From assembly GCA_964016885.1 (NCBI GenBank), contig OZ024760.1:30256001-30320000 (forward strand): a stretch of 64,000 nt of DNA, in the 5' to 3' direction. The position numbers and the translations under genes are program-made. This document shows, one piece after another, positions 28,001 through 42,800 of the stretch. Within the stretch, counting starts at the first letter, position 1; each line of letters begins with the position of its first letter. A model generated the notes under the pieces. That model saw only the letters and a program-made list of their open reading frames with translations. It was not told the origin of the DNA and did no database searches. The DNA is from Eledone cirrhosa. Its lineage: Eukaryota.

Positions 28001-30340
28001 TGTAATGTAATGTAATGTAATGTAATGTAATGTAATGTAATGTAATGTAATGTGTAATGTAATGTATTGTAATGTAATGTGTAATGTAATGTATTGTAAT
28101 GTGTAATGTAATGTAATGTAATGAAATGTAATGTATTGTAATGTAATGTAATGTAATTTAATGTAACGTAATGTAATGTAATGTAATGTAATGTAAAGTA
28201 ATGTAATGTAATGTAATGTAATGTTATGTAATGTGTAATGTAATGTAATGTAATGTAAAGTAATGTAATGTAATGTAATGTGTAACGTAATGTAATGTAA
28301 TGTAATGTAATGTGTAATGTAATGTAATGTGTAATGTAATGTAATGTAATGTGTAATGTAATGTAATGTAATGTAATGTTATGTAATGTAATGTGTAACG
28401 TAATGTGTAATGTAATGTAATGTAATGTAATGTAATGTAATGTAATGTAATGTAATGTAATGTAATGTAATGTTATGTAATGTAATGTGTAATGTAACAT
28501 AATGTGTAATGTAATGTAATGTAATGTAATGTAATGTAATGTAATGTGTAATGTAACGTAATGTGTAATGTAATGTAATGTAATGTAATGTGTAATGTAA
28601 TGTAATGTAATGTAATGTAATGTAATGTAATGTAATGTGTAATGTAATGTTATGTAATGTAATGTGTAATGTAATGTAATGTGTAATGTAATGTAATATA
28701 ATGTAATGTAATGTAATGTAATGTGTAATGTAATGTAATGTAATGTAATGTAATGTAATGTAATGTAATGTAACGTGTAATGTAATGTAATGTGTAATGT
28801 AATGTAATGTAATGTAATGTGTAATGTAATGTAATGTTATGTAATGTAAGGTGTAATGTAATGTGTAATGTAACGTAATGTGTAATGTAATGTAATGTAC
28901 TGTAATGTAATGTAATGTAATGTTATGTAATGTAATGTGTAATGTAATGTAATGTAATGTTATGTAATGTAATGTGTAATGTAACGTAATGTGTAATCTA
29001 ATGTAATGTAATGTAATGTAATGTAATGTAATGTGTAATGTAATGTAATGTGTAATGTAATGTAATGTAACGCAATGTGTAATGTAATGTAATGTAATGT
29101 GTAATGTGTAATGTGTAATGTCATTTAATGTAATGTAATGTAATCTAAAGTAATGTAATATGTAATGTAATGTAATGTAATATGTAATGTAATGTAATGT
29201 AATGTAATTTAATGTAATGTAATGTAATGTAATTTAATGTAATGTAATGTAATGTAATGTAATGTAATGTAATGCAATGTAAGGTAATGTAATGTAATGT
29301 AATGTAATGTGTAAAGTAATGTAATGTAATGTAATGTAATGTGTAATGTAATGTACTGTAATGTAATGTAATGTAAAGTAATGTAATGTAATGTGTAATG
29401 TAATGTAATGTAATGTAATATAATGTAATGTGTAATGTAATGTAATGTAATGTAGTGTAATGTAATATATAATGTAATGTAATGTAATGTAATGTAATGT
29501 AATGTAATGTGTAATGTAATGTAATGTAATGTGTAACGTAACGTAATGTGTAATGTAAAGTAATGTAATGTAATGTAATGTTATGTAATGTAATGTGTAA
29601 TGTAACGTAACGTGTAATCTAATGTAATGTAATGTAATGTAATGTGTAATGTAACGTAATGTGTAATGTAATGTAATGTAATGTAATGTGTAATGTAATG
29701 TAATGTAATGTAATGTAATGTGTAATGTAATGTAATGTAATGTAATGTAATGTGTAATGTAACGTAATGTGTAATGTAATGTAATGTAATGTAATGTAAT
29801 GTAATGTGTAATGTAATGTAATGTAATGTAATGAAATGTGTAATGTAATGTAATGTAATGTGTAATGTAATGTAATGTAATGTAATGTAATGTAATGTGT
29901 AATGTTATGTAATGTGTAATGTAATGTAATGTAAAGTAATGTAATGTAATGTAATGTGTAACGTAATGTAATGTAATGTAATGTAATGTGTAATATAATG
30001 TAATGTAATGTAATGTAATGTAATGTAATGTAATGTAATGTAATGTAATGTAATGTAATGTAATGTAATGTAAAGTAATGTAATGTAATGTAATGTGTAA
30101 TGTTATGTAATGTAATGTTATGTAATGTATTGTAATGTAATGTGTAATGTAATGTTTAATGTAACGTAATGTGTAATGTAATGTAATGTAATGTAGTGTA
30201 ATGTTATGTAATGTAATGTGTAACATAATGTGTAATGTAATGTAATGTTATGTAATGTAATGTGTAATGTAACGTAATGTGTAATCTAATGTAATGTAAT
30301 GTAATGTAATGTAATGTAATGTAATGTAATGTAATGTAAT
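16050..30340. repeat. ~7.2-7.4 kb tandem duplication (about 16050-23400 / 23400-30340)
   Basis: Offsets: GTCAT 17160/24511 (7351); AAGCC 18191/25582 (7391); ORF ends 18894/26285 (7391), 20264/27663 (7399) and 23016/30226 (7210). Confidence 0.85.
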
Positions 30341-33300
30341 GTAATGTAATGTAATGTGTAATATAATGTAATGTAATGTGTAATGTAATGTAATGTAATG
30401 TAATGTAACGTGTAATGTAATGTAATGTGTAATGTAATGAAATGTAATGTAATGTAATGTAATGTAATGTAATGTGTAATGTAATGTGTAATGTAATGTA
30501 ATGTAATGAAATGTAATGTAATGTGTAATGTAATGTAATGTAATGTGTAATGTAATGTAATGTAATGTAATGTAATGTAATGTAATGTAATGTAGTATGT
30601 AATGTGATGTAATGTAATGTAATGTAATGTAATGTAATGTAATGAAATGAAATGAAATGTAATGTAATGTAATGTAATGTAATGTAATGTAATGTAATGT
30701 AATGTAATGTAATGTAATGTAATGTGTAATGTAACGTAATGTAATCTAATATAATGTAACGTAATGTAATGTAATGTAATGTAACGTAATGTAATGTAAT
30801 GTAATGTAATGTGTAATGTAATGTTATGTAATGTAATATGTAATGTAATGTAATGTAACGTAATGTAATGTAATGTAACGTAATGTAATGTAATGTAAAG
30901 TAATGTAATGTAACGTAAAGTAATGTAATGTAATGTATAATGTAATGTAATGTAATGTAATGTGTAATGTAATGTAATGTAATGTAATGAAATGTAACGT
31001 AATGTAATGTAATATAATTTAATGTAACGTAATGTCATGTAATGTAATGTAATGTAATGTAATGTAATGTAATGTGTAACGTAATGTAATGTAATGTAAT
31101 GTAATGTGTAATGTAATGTAATGTAGTGTAATGCAATGTGTAATGTAATGTAATGTAATGTAATTTAATGTAATGTAATGTAATGTAATGTAATGTAATG
31201 TAATGTAATGTAATGTAATGTAATGTAATGTGTAATGAAATGTAATGTAATGTAATGTAATGTAATGTAATGTAATGTAATGTAATGTAATGTGTAATGT
31301 AATGTAATGTAATGTAATGTGTAATGTAATGTAATGTAATGCAATGTAATGTAATGTAATGTGTAATGTAATGTAATGTAATGTAATGTAACGTAATGTA
31401 ATGTAATGTAATGTGTAATGTAATGAAATTTGTAATGTAATGTTTAATGTAATGTAATGTAATGTAATGTAATGTAATGTAATGTAATGTAATGTAATGT
31501 TATGTTTAATGTAATGTAATGTAATATAATTTAATTTTTAATGTAATGTAATGTAATGTAATGTAATGTAATGTAATGTAATGTAATGTAATGTAATGTG
31601 TAATGTAATGTAATGTAATGTAATGTAACGTAATGTTTAATGTAAAGTAATGTAATGTAATGAAATGTAATGTAATGTGTAATGTAATGTAACGTAGTGT
31701 AATGTAATATAATGTGTAATGTAATGTAATGTAATGTAATGTAATGTAATGTAATGTAATGAGTAAATGTGTAATGTAATGTAATGTAATGTGTAATGTA
31801 ATGTAATGAAATATGTAATGTAATGTAATGTAATGTGTAATGTAATGTAATGTAATGTAATGTAATGTAATGTATAACGTAATGTAATGTAATGTAATGT
31901 AATGTGTAATGTAATGTAATGTGTAATGTAATGTAATGTATTGTAATGTGTAATGTAATGTAATGTAAGGTAATGTAATGTAATGTAATGTAATGTAATG
32001 TAATGTAATGTAATGTAATGTAATGTAATGTAATGTAATGTAATGTAATGTAATGTAATGTAATGTGTAATGTAATGTAATGTAATGCAATGCAATGCAA
32101 TGCAAGCCAATGCAATGCAATGCAATGCAATGTAATGTAATGTAATGTATTGTAATGTAATGTGTAATGTAATTTAATGTAATGTAATATAATGTAATGT
32201 GTAATGTAATGTAATGTAATATGGAATGTAATCTAATGTAATGTAATGTGTAATGTAATGTAATGTAATGTAATGTAATGTGTAACGTAATGTAATGTAA
32301 AGTAATGTAATGTAATGTAATGTAATGTAATGTAATGTAATGTGTAATGTTATGTAATGTAATGTTATGTAATGTATTGTAATGTAATGTGTAATGTAAT
32401 GTGTAATGTAACGTAATGTGTAATGTAATGTAATGTAATGTAATGTTATGTAATGTAATGTGTAACATAATGTGTAATGTAATGTAATGTTATGTAATGT
32501 AATGTGTAATGTAACGTAATGTGTAATCTAATGTAATGTAATGTAATGTAATGTAATGTAATGTAATGTAATGTAATGTAATGTGTAATGTAATGTAATG
32601 TGTAATGTAATGTAATATAATGTAATGTAATGTAATGTAATGTAATGTAATGTAATGTAATGTGTAATGTAATGTAATGTAATGTAATGTAATGTAATGT
32701 AATGTGTAATGTAATGTAATGTGTAATCTAATGTAATGTAATGTTATGTAATGTAAGGTGTAATGTAATGTGTAATGTAACGTAATGTGTAACGTAATGT
32801 AATGCAATGGAATGTAATGTAATGTAATGTAATGTTATGTAATGTAATGTGTAATGTAACGTAATGTGTAATGTAATGTTATGTAATGTAATGTGTAATG
32901 TAACGTAATGTGTAATCTAATGTAATGTAATGTAATGTAATGTAATGTGTAATGTAATGTAATGTAATGTAATGTGTAATGTAATGTAATGTAACGTAAT
33001 GTGTAATGTAATGTAATGTAATGTGTAATGTGTAATGTGTAATGTAATTTAATGTAATGTAATGTAATCTAAAGTAATGTAATATGTAATGTAATGTAAT
33101 GTAATGTAATATGTAATGTAATGTAATGTAATATAATGTAATGTAATGTAATGTAATGTAATGTAATGTGTAATGTAATGTAATGTAATGTAATGGAATG
33201 TAATGTGTAATGTAATGTAATGTAATGTAATGTAATGTAATGTAATGTAATGTAATGTGTAATGTAATGTAATGTAATGTAATGAAATGTAATGTAATGT

Positions 33301-36300
33301 AATGTAATGTAATGTAATGTAATGTAATGTGTAATGTAATGTAATGTAATGTAATATAATGTAATGTAATGTAATGTAATGTAATGTGTAATGTGTAATG
33401 TAATGTAATGTAATGTAATGTAATGTAATGTAATGTAATGTGTAATGTAATGTAATGTAATGTAACGTAATGCAATGTGTAATGTAATGTAATGTGTAAT
33501 GTAATGCAATGTAATGTAATATAATATAATGCAATGTAATATGTAACGTAATTTAATGTAATGTAATGTAAAGTAATGTAATGTGTAATGTAATGTAATG
33601 TAATTTAATGTAATGTCTAATGTAATGTGTAATGTAATGTAATGTAATGTAATGTAATGTAGTGTAATGTAATGTAATGTAATGTAATGTAATGTAATGT
33701 AATGTGTAATGTAATGTAATGTAATGAAATGTAATGTAATGTAGTGTAATGTAATGTAATGTAATGTGTAATGTAATGTAATGTAATGTAATATAATGTA
33801 ATGTAATGTAATGTAATGTAATGTGTAATGTGTAATATAATGTAATGTAATGTAATGTAATGTAATGTAATGTAATGAAATGAAATGTAATGTAATGTAA
33901 TGTAATGTAATGTAATGTAATGTAATGTAATGTAATGTAATGTAATGTAATGTAATGTAATGTAATGTAATGTAATGTAATGTAATGTAATGTAATGTAA
34001 TGTAATGTAATTTAATGTAATGTCTAATGTAATATAATGTAATGTAATGTAATGTAATGTACTGTAATGTGCAATGAAATGTAATATAATGTGTAATGTA
34101 ATGTAATGTAATGTAATGTAATGTAATGTAATGTACTGTAATGTAATGTAATGTGTAATGTAATGTAATGTTCAATGTAATGTAATGTAATGTAATGTAA
34201 TGTAATGTATTGTAATTTAATGTAATGTAATGTAATGTAATGTAATGTGTATCGTGTAATGTGAATTGTGTAATGTAATGTAATATAATGTGTATCGTGT
34301 AATGTGAATTGTGTAATGTAATGTAATGTAATGGAATGTAATGTAATGTAATGTAACGTGTAATGTAATGTAATGTAATGTAATGTGTAATGTAATGTAA
34401 TGTAATGTAATGTAATGTAATGTAATGTAATGTAATGTAATGTAATGTAATGTAATGTAATGTAAATTAATGTAATGTAACGTAATGTAATGTAATGTAA
34501 TGTATAATGTAATGTAATGTAATGTAATGTAATGTAATGTAATGTAATGTAATGTAATGTAATGTGTAATGTAATGTATTGTAATGTAATGTGTAATGTA
34601 ATGTATTGTAATGTGTAATGTAATGTAATGTAATGAAATGTAATGTATTGTAATGTAATGTAATGTAATTTAATGTAACGTAATGTAATGTAATGTAATG
34701 TAATGTAAAGTAATGTAATGTAATGTAATGTAATGTTATGTAATGTGTAATGTAATGTAATGTAATGTAAAGTAATGTAATGTAATGTAATGTGTAACGT
34801 AATGTAATGTAATGTAATGTAATGTGTAATGTAATGTAATGTGTAATGTAATGTAATGTAATGTGTAATGTAATGTAATGTAATGTAATGTTATGTAATG
34901 TAATGTGTAACGTAATGTGTAATGTAATGTAATGTAATGTAATGTAATGTAATGTAATGTAATGTAATGTAATGTAATGTAATGTTATGTAATGTAATGT
35001 GTAATGTAACATAATGTGTAATGTAATGTAATGTAATGTAATGTAATGTAATGTAATGTGTAATGTAACGTAATGTGTAATGTAATGTAATGTAATGTAA
35101 TGTGTAATGTAATGTAATGTAATGTAATGTAATGTAATGTAATGTAATGTGTAATGTAATGTTATGTAATGTAATGTGTAATGTAATGTAATGTGTAATG
35201 TAATGTAATATAATGTAATGTAATGTAATGTAATGTGTAATGTAATGTAATGTAATGTAATGTAATGTAATGTAATGTAATGTAACGTGTAATGTAATGT
35301 AATGTGTAATGTAATGTAATGTAATGTAATGTGTAATGTAATGTAATGTTATGTAATGTAAGGTGTAATGTAATGTGTAATGTAACGTAATGTGTAATGT
35401 AATGTAATGTACTGTAATGTAATGTAATGTAATGTTATGTAATGTAATGTGTAATGTAATGTAATGTAATGTTATGTAATGTAATGTGTAATGTAACGTA
35501 ATGTGTAATCTAATGTAATGTAATGTAATGTAATGTAATGTAATGTGTAATGTAATGTAATGTGTAATGTAATGTAATGTAACGCAATGTGTAATGTAAT
35601 GTAATGTAATGTGTAATGTGTAATGTGTAATGTCATTTAATGTAATGTAATGTAATCTAAAGTAATGTAATATGTAATGTAATGTAATGTAATATGTAAT
35701 GTAATGTAATGTAATGTAATTTAATGTAATGTAATGTAATGTAATTTAATGTAATGTAATGTAATGTAATGTAATGTAATGTAATGCAATGTAAGGTAAT
35801 GTAATGTAATGTAATGTAATGTGTAAAGTAATGTAATGTAATGTAATGTAATGTGTAATGTAATGTACTGTAATGTAATGTAATGTAAAGTAATGTAATG
35901 TAATGTGTAATGTAATGTAATGTAATGTAATATAATGTAATGTGTAATGTAATGTAATGTAATGTAGTGTAATGTAATATATAATGTAATGTAATGTAAT
36001 GTAATGTAATGTAATGTAATGTGTAATGTAATGTAATGTAATGTGTAACGTAACGTAATGTGTAATGTAAAGTAATGTAATGTAATGTAATGTTATGTAA
36101 TGTAATGTGTAATGTAACGTAACGTGTAATCTAATGTAATGTAATGTAATGTAATGTGTAATGTAACGTAATGTGTAATGTAATGTAATGTAATGTAATG
36201 TGTAATGTAATGTAATGTAATGTAATGTAATGTGTAATGTAATGTAATGTAATGTAATGTAATGTGTAATGTAACGTAATGTGTAATGTAATGTAATGTA

Positions 36301-36850
36301 ATGTAATGTAATGTAATGTGTAATGTAATGTAATGTAATGTAATGAAATGTGTAATGTAATGTAATGTAATGTGTAATGTAATGTAATGTAATGTAATGT
36401 AATGTAATGTGTAATGTTATGTAATGTGTAATGTAATGTAATGTAAAGTAATGTAATGTAATGTAATGTGTAACGTAATGTAATGTAATGTAATGTAATG
36501 TGTAATATAATGTAATGTAATGTAATGTAATGTAATGTAATGTAATGTAATGTAATGTAATGTAATGTAATGTAATGTAATGTAAAGTAATGTAATGTAA
36601 TGTAATGTGTAATGTTATGTAATGTAATGTTATGTAATGTATTGTAATGTAATGTGTAATGTAATGTTTAATGTAACGTAATGTGTAATGTAATGTAATG
36701 TAATGTAGTGTAATGTTATGTAATGTAATGTGTAACATAATGTGTAATGTAATGTAATGTTATGTAATGTAATGTGTAATGTAACGTAATGTGTAATCTA
36801 ATGTAATGTAATGTAATGTAATGTAATGTAATGTAATGTAATGTAATGTA
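23820..36850. repeat. ~6.52 kb near-identical tandem duplication (about 23820-30340 / 30340-36850)
   Basis: Offsets: 24511/31038 (6527); AAGCC 25582/32104 (6522). Identical ORFs 25968..26285/32490..32807 (6522), 27955..28500/34467..35012 (6512) and 29234..30226/35746..36738 (6512). Confidence 0.9.
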
Positions 36851-39800
36851 ATGTAATGTAATGTGTAATGTAATGTAATGTAATGTAATGTGTAATGTAA
36901 TGTAATATAATGTAATGTAATGTAATGTAATGTAATGTAATGTGTAATGTAATGTAATGTAATGTAATGTAATGTGTAATGTAATGTAATGTGTAATCTA
37001 ATGTAATGTAATGTAATGTGTAATGTAATGTAATGTTATGTAATGTAAGGTGTAATGTAATGTGTAATGTAACGTAATGTGTAACGTAATGTAATGTAAT
37101 GTAATGTAATGTAATGTAATGTTATGTAATGTAATGTGTAATGTAACGTAATGTGTAATGTAATGTGTAATGTTATGTAATGTAATGTAATGTAATGTAA
37201 TGTGTAATGTAATGTAATGTAATGTAATATGTAATGTAATGTAATGTATTGTAATGTGTAATGTGTAATGTAATGCAATGTAATGTAACGTAATGTGTAA
37301 TGTAATGTAATGTAATGTGTAATGTGTAATGTGTAATGTAATTTAATGTAATGTAATGTAATCTAAAGTAATGTAATATGTAATGTAATGTAATGTAATG
37401 TAATATGTAATGTAATGTAATGTAATGTAATGTAATGTAATGTAATGTAATGTAATGTAATGTAATGTAATGTAATGTAATGCAATGCAATGCAATGCAA
37501 TGTAATGTAATGTAATGTGTAAAGTAATGTAATGTAATGTAATGTAATGTAATGTGTAATGTAATGTACTGTAATGTCTAATGTAATGTAATGTAATGTA
37601 ATGTAATGTAATGTGTAATGTAATGTAATGTAATATAATGTAATGTGTAATGTAATGTAATGTAATGTAATGTAATATATAATGTAATGTAATGTAATGT
37701 AATGTAATGTAATGTAATGTAATGTAATGTAATGTGTAATGTAATGTAATGTAATGTGTAACGTAACGTAATGTGTAATGTAAAGTAATGTAATGTAATG
37801 TAATGTGTAATGTAATGTGTAATGTAATGTAATGTAATGTAATGTTATGTAATGTAATGTGTAATGTAACGTAACGTGTAATCTAATGTAATGTAATGTA
37901 ATGTAATGTAATGTAATGTGTAATGTAACGTAATGTGTAATGTAATGTAATGTGTAATGTAATGTAATGTAATGTAATGTAATGTGTAATGTAATGTAAT
38001 GTAATGTAATGTAATGTAATGTAATGTGTAATGTAATGTAATATAATGTAATGTAATGTGTAATGTAACGTAATGTGTAATGTAATGTAATGTAATGTAA
38101 TGTAATGTAATGTAATGTGTAATGTAATGTAATGTAATGTGTAATGTAATGTAATGTAATGTAATGTAATATGTAATGTAATGTAATGTGTAATGTAATG
38201 AAATGTAATGTAATGTAATGTAATGTAATGTGTAATGTAATGTGTAATGTAATGTAATGTAATGTAATGTAATGTAATGTAATGTAATGTAATGTAATGT
38301 GTAATGTAATGTGATGTGTAATGTGTAATGTGTAATGTAATGTAATGTAATGTAATGTAATGTAATGTAATGTAATGTAATGTAATTTTATGTAATGTAA
38401 TGTGTAATGTAACGTACTGTGTAATCTAATGTAATGTAATCTAATGTAATGTAATATAATGTAATGAAATGTAATGTAATGTAATGTAATGTAATGTAAT
38501 GTAATGTAATGTAATGTAATGAAATGTAATGTAATGTAATGTAATGTAATGTAATGTAATGTAGTGTAATGTAATGTAATGTAATGTAATGTAATGTGTA
38601 ATGTAATGTAATCTAATCTAATATAATGTAATGTAACGTAATGTAATGTAATGTAATGTAATGTAATGTGTAATGTAATGTAATGTAATGTAATATGTAA
38701 TGTAATGTAAAGTAATTTAATGTAATGTCTAATGTAATGTAATGTAATGTATTGTAATGTAATGTAATGTAATGTGTATCGTGTAATGTGAATTGTGTAA
38801 TGTAATGCAATGTAATGTAATGTAATGTAATGTGTAAAGTAATGTAATGTAATGTAATGTAATGTAATGTAATGTGTAATGTAATGTACTGTAATGTAAT
38901 GTAATGTAATGTAATGTAATGTAATGTAATGTAATGTGTAATGTAATGTAATGTAATGTAATATAATGTAATGTGTAATGTAATGTAATGTAATGTAATG
39001 TAATGTAATATATAATGTAATGTAATGTAATGTAATGTAATGTAATGTAATGTAATGTAATGTGTAATGTAATGTAATGTAATGTGTAACGTAACGTAAT
39101 GTGTAATGTAAAGTAATGTAATGTAATGTAATGTGTAATGTAATATGTAATGTAATGTAATGTAATGTAATGTTATGTAATGTAATGTGTAATGTAACGT
39201 AACCTGTAATCTAATGTAATGTAATGTAATGTGTAATGTAACGTAATGTGTAATGTAATGTAATGTAATGTAATGTGTAATGTAATGTAATGTGTAATGT
39301 AAAGTAATGTAATGTAATGTAATGTGTAATGTAATGTAATGTAATGTAATGTAATGTAATGTGTAATGTAATGTAATGTAATGTAATGTAATATGTAATG
39401 TAACGTAATGTGTAATGTAAAGTAATGTAATGTAATGTAATGTAATGTAATGTAATGTAATGTGTAATGTAATGTAATGTAATGTGTAATGTAATGTAAT
39501 GTAATGTAATGTAATGTAATGTAATGTAATGTGTAATGTAATGTAATGTAATGTAACGTAATGCAATGTGTAATGTAATGTAATGTGTAATGTAATGCAA
39601 TGTAATGTAATATAATATAATGCAATGTAATATGTAACGTAATTTAATGTAATGTAATGTAAAGTAATGTAATGTGTAATGTAATGTAATGTAATTTAAT
39701 GTAATGTCTAATGTAATGTGTAATGTAATGTAATGTAATGTAATGTAATGTAGTGTAATGTAATGTAATGTAATGTAATGTAATGTAATGTGTAATGTAA

Positions 39801-42800
39801 TGTAATGTAATGAAATGTAATGTAATGTAGTGTAATGTAATGTAATGTAATGTGTAATGTAATGTAATGTAATGTAATATAATGTAATGTAATGTAATGT
39901 AATGTAATGTGTAATGTGTAATATAATGTAATGTAATGTAATGTAATGTAATGTAATGTAATGAAATGAAATGTAATGTAATGTAATGTAATGTAATGTA
40001 ATGTAATGTAATGTAATGTAATGTAATGTAATGTAATGTAATGTAATGTAATGTAATGTAATGTAATGTAATGTAATGTAATGTAATGTAATTTAATGTA
40101 ATGTCTAATGTAATATAATGTAATGTAATGTAATGTAATGTACTGTAATGTGCAATGAAATGTAATATAATGTGTAATGTAATGTAATGTAATGTAATGT
40201 AATGTAATGTAATGTACTGTAATGTAATGTAATGTGTAATGTAATGTAATGTTCAATGTAATGTAATGTAATGTAATGTAATGTAATGTATTGTAATTTA
40301 ATGTAATGTAATGTAATGTAATGTAATGTGTATCGTGTAATGTGAATTGTGTAATGTAATGTAATATAATGTGTATCGTGTAATGTGAATTGTGTAATGT
40401 AATGTAATGTAATGGAATGTAATGTAATGTAATGTAACGTGTAATGTAATGTAATGTAATGTAATGTGTAATGTAATGTAATGTAATGTAATGTAATGTA
40501 ATGTAATGTAATGTAATGTAATGTAATGTAATGTAATGTAATGTAAATTAATGTAATGTAACGTAATGTAATGTAATGTAATGTATAATGTAATGTAATG
40601 TAATGTAATGTAATGTAATGTAATGTAATGTAATGTAATGTAATGTGTAATGTAATGTATTGTAATGTAATGTGTAATGTAATGTATTGTAATGTGTAAT
40701 GTAATGTAATGTAATGAAATGTAATGTATTGTAATGTAATGTAATGTAATTTAATGTAACGTAATGTAATGTAATGTAATGTAATGTAAAGTAATGTAAT
40801 GTAATGTAATGTAATGTTATGTAATGTGTAATGTAATGTAATGTAATGTAAAGTAATGTAATGTAATGTAATGTGTAACGTAATGTAATGTAATGTAATG
40901 TAATGTGTAATGTAATGTAATGTGTAATGTAATGTAATGTAATGTGTAATGTAATGTAATGTAATGTAATGTTATGTAATGTAATGTGTAACGTAATGTG
41001 TAATGTAATGTAATGTAATGTAATGTAATGTAATGTAATGTAATGTAATGTAATGTAATGTAATGTTATGTAATGTAATGTGTAATGTAACATAATGTGT
41101 AATGTAATGTAATGTAATGTAATGTAATGTAATGTAATGTGTAATGTAACGTAATGTGTAATGTAATGTAATGTAATGTAATGTGTAATGTAATGTAATG
41201 TAATGTAATGTAATGTAATGTAATGTAATGTGTAATGTAATGTTATGTAATGTAATGTGTAATGTAATGTAATGTGTAATGTAATGTAATATAATGTAAT
41301 GTAATGTAATGTAATGTGTAATGTAATGTAATGTAATGTAATGTAATGTAATGTAATGTAATGTAACGTGTAATGTAATGTAATGTGTAATGTAATGTAA
41401 TGTAATGTAATGTGTAATGTAATGTAATGTTATGTAATGTAAGGTGTAATGTAATGTGTAATGTAACGTAATGTGTAATGTAATGTAATGTACTGTAATG
41501 TAATGTAATGTAATGTTATGTAATGTAATGTGTAATGTAATGTAATGTAATGTTATGTAATGTAATGTGTAATGTAACGTAATGTGTAATCTAATGTAAT
41601 GTAATGTAATGTAATGTAATGTAATGTGTAATGTAATGTAATGTGTAATGTAATGTAATGTAACGCAATGTGTAATGTAATGTAATGTAATGTGTAATGT
41701 GTAATGTGTAATGTCATTTAATGTAATGTAATGTAATCTAAAGTAATGTAATATGTAATGTAATGTAATGTAATATGTAATGTAATGTAATGTAATGTAA
41801 TTTAATGTAATGTAATGTAATGTAATTTAATGTAATGTAATGTAATGTAATGTAATGTAATGTAATGCAATGTAAGGTAATGTAATGTAATGTAATGTAA
41901 TGTGTAAAGTAATGTAATGTAATGTAATGTAATGTGTAATGTAATGTACTGTAATGTAATGTAATGTAAAGTAATGTAATGTAATGTGTAATGTAATGTA
42001 ATGTAATGTAATATAATGTAATGTGTAATGTAATGTAATGTAATGTAGTGTAATGTAATATATAATGTAATGTAATGTAATGTAATGTAATGTAATGTAA
42101 TGTGTAATGTAATGTAATGTAATGTGTAACGTAACGTAATGTGTAATGTAAAGTAATGTAATGTAATGTAATGTTATGTAATGTAATGTGTAATGTAACG
42201 TAACGTGTAATCTAATGTAATGTAATGTAATGTAATGTGTAATGTAACGTAATGTGTAATGTAATGTAATGTAATGTAATGTGTAATGTAATGTAATGTA
42301 ATGTAATGTAATGTGTAATGTAATGTAATGTAATGTAATGTAATGTGTAATGTAACGTAATGTGTAATGTAATGTAATGTAATGTAATGTAATGTAATGT
42401 GTAATGTAATGTAATGTAATGTAATGAAATGTGTAATGTAATGTAATGTAATGTGTAATGTAATGTAATGTAATGTAATGTAATGTAATGTGTAATGTTA
42501 TGTAATGTGTAATGTAATGTAATGTAAAGTAATGTAATGTAATGTAATGTGTAACGTAATGTAATGTAATGTAATGTAATGTGTAATATAATGTAATGTA
42601 ATGTAATGTAATGTAATGTAATGTAATGTAATGTAATGTAATGTAATGTAATGTAATGTAATGTAAAGTAATGTAATGTAATGTAATGTGTAATGTTATG
42701 TAATGTAATGTTATGTAATGTATTGTAATGTAATGTGTAATGTAATGTTTAATGTAACGTAATGTGTAATGTAATGTAATGTAATGTAGTGTAATGTTAT

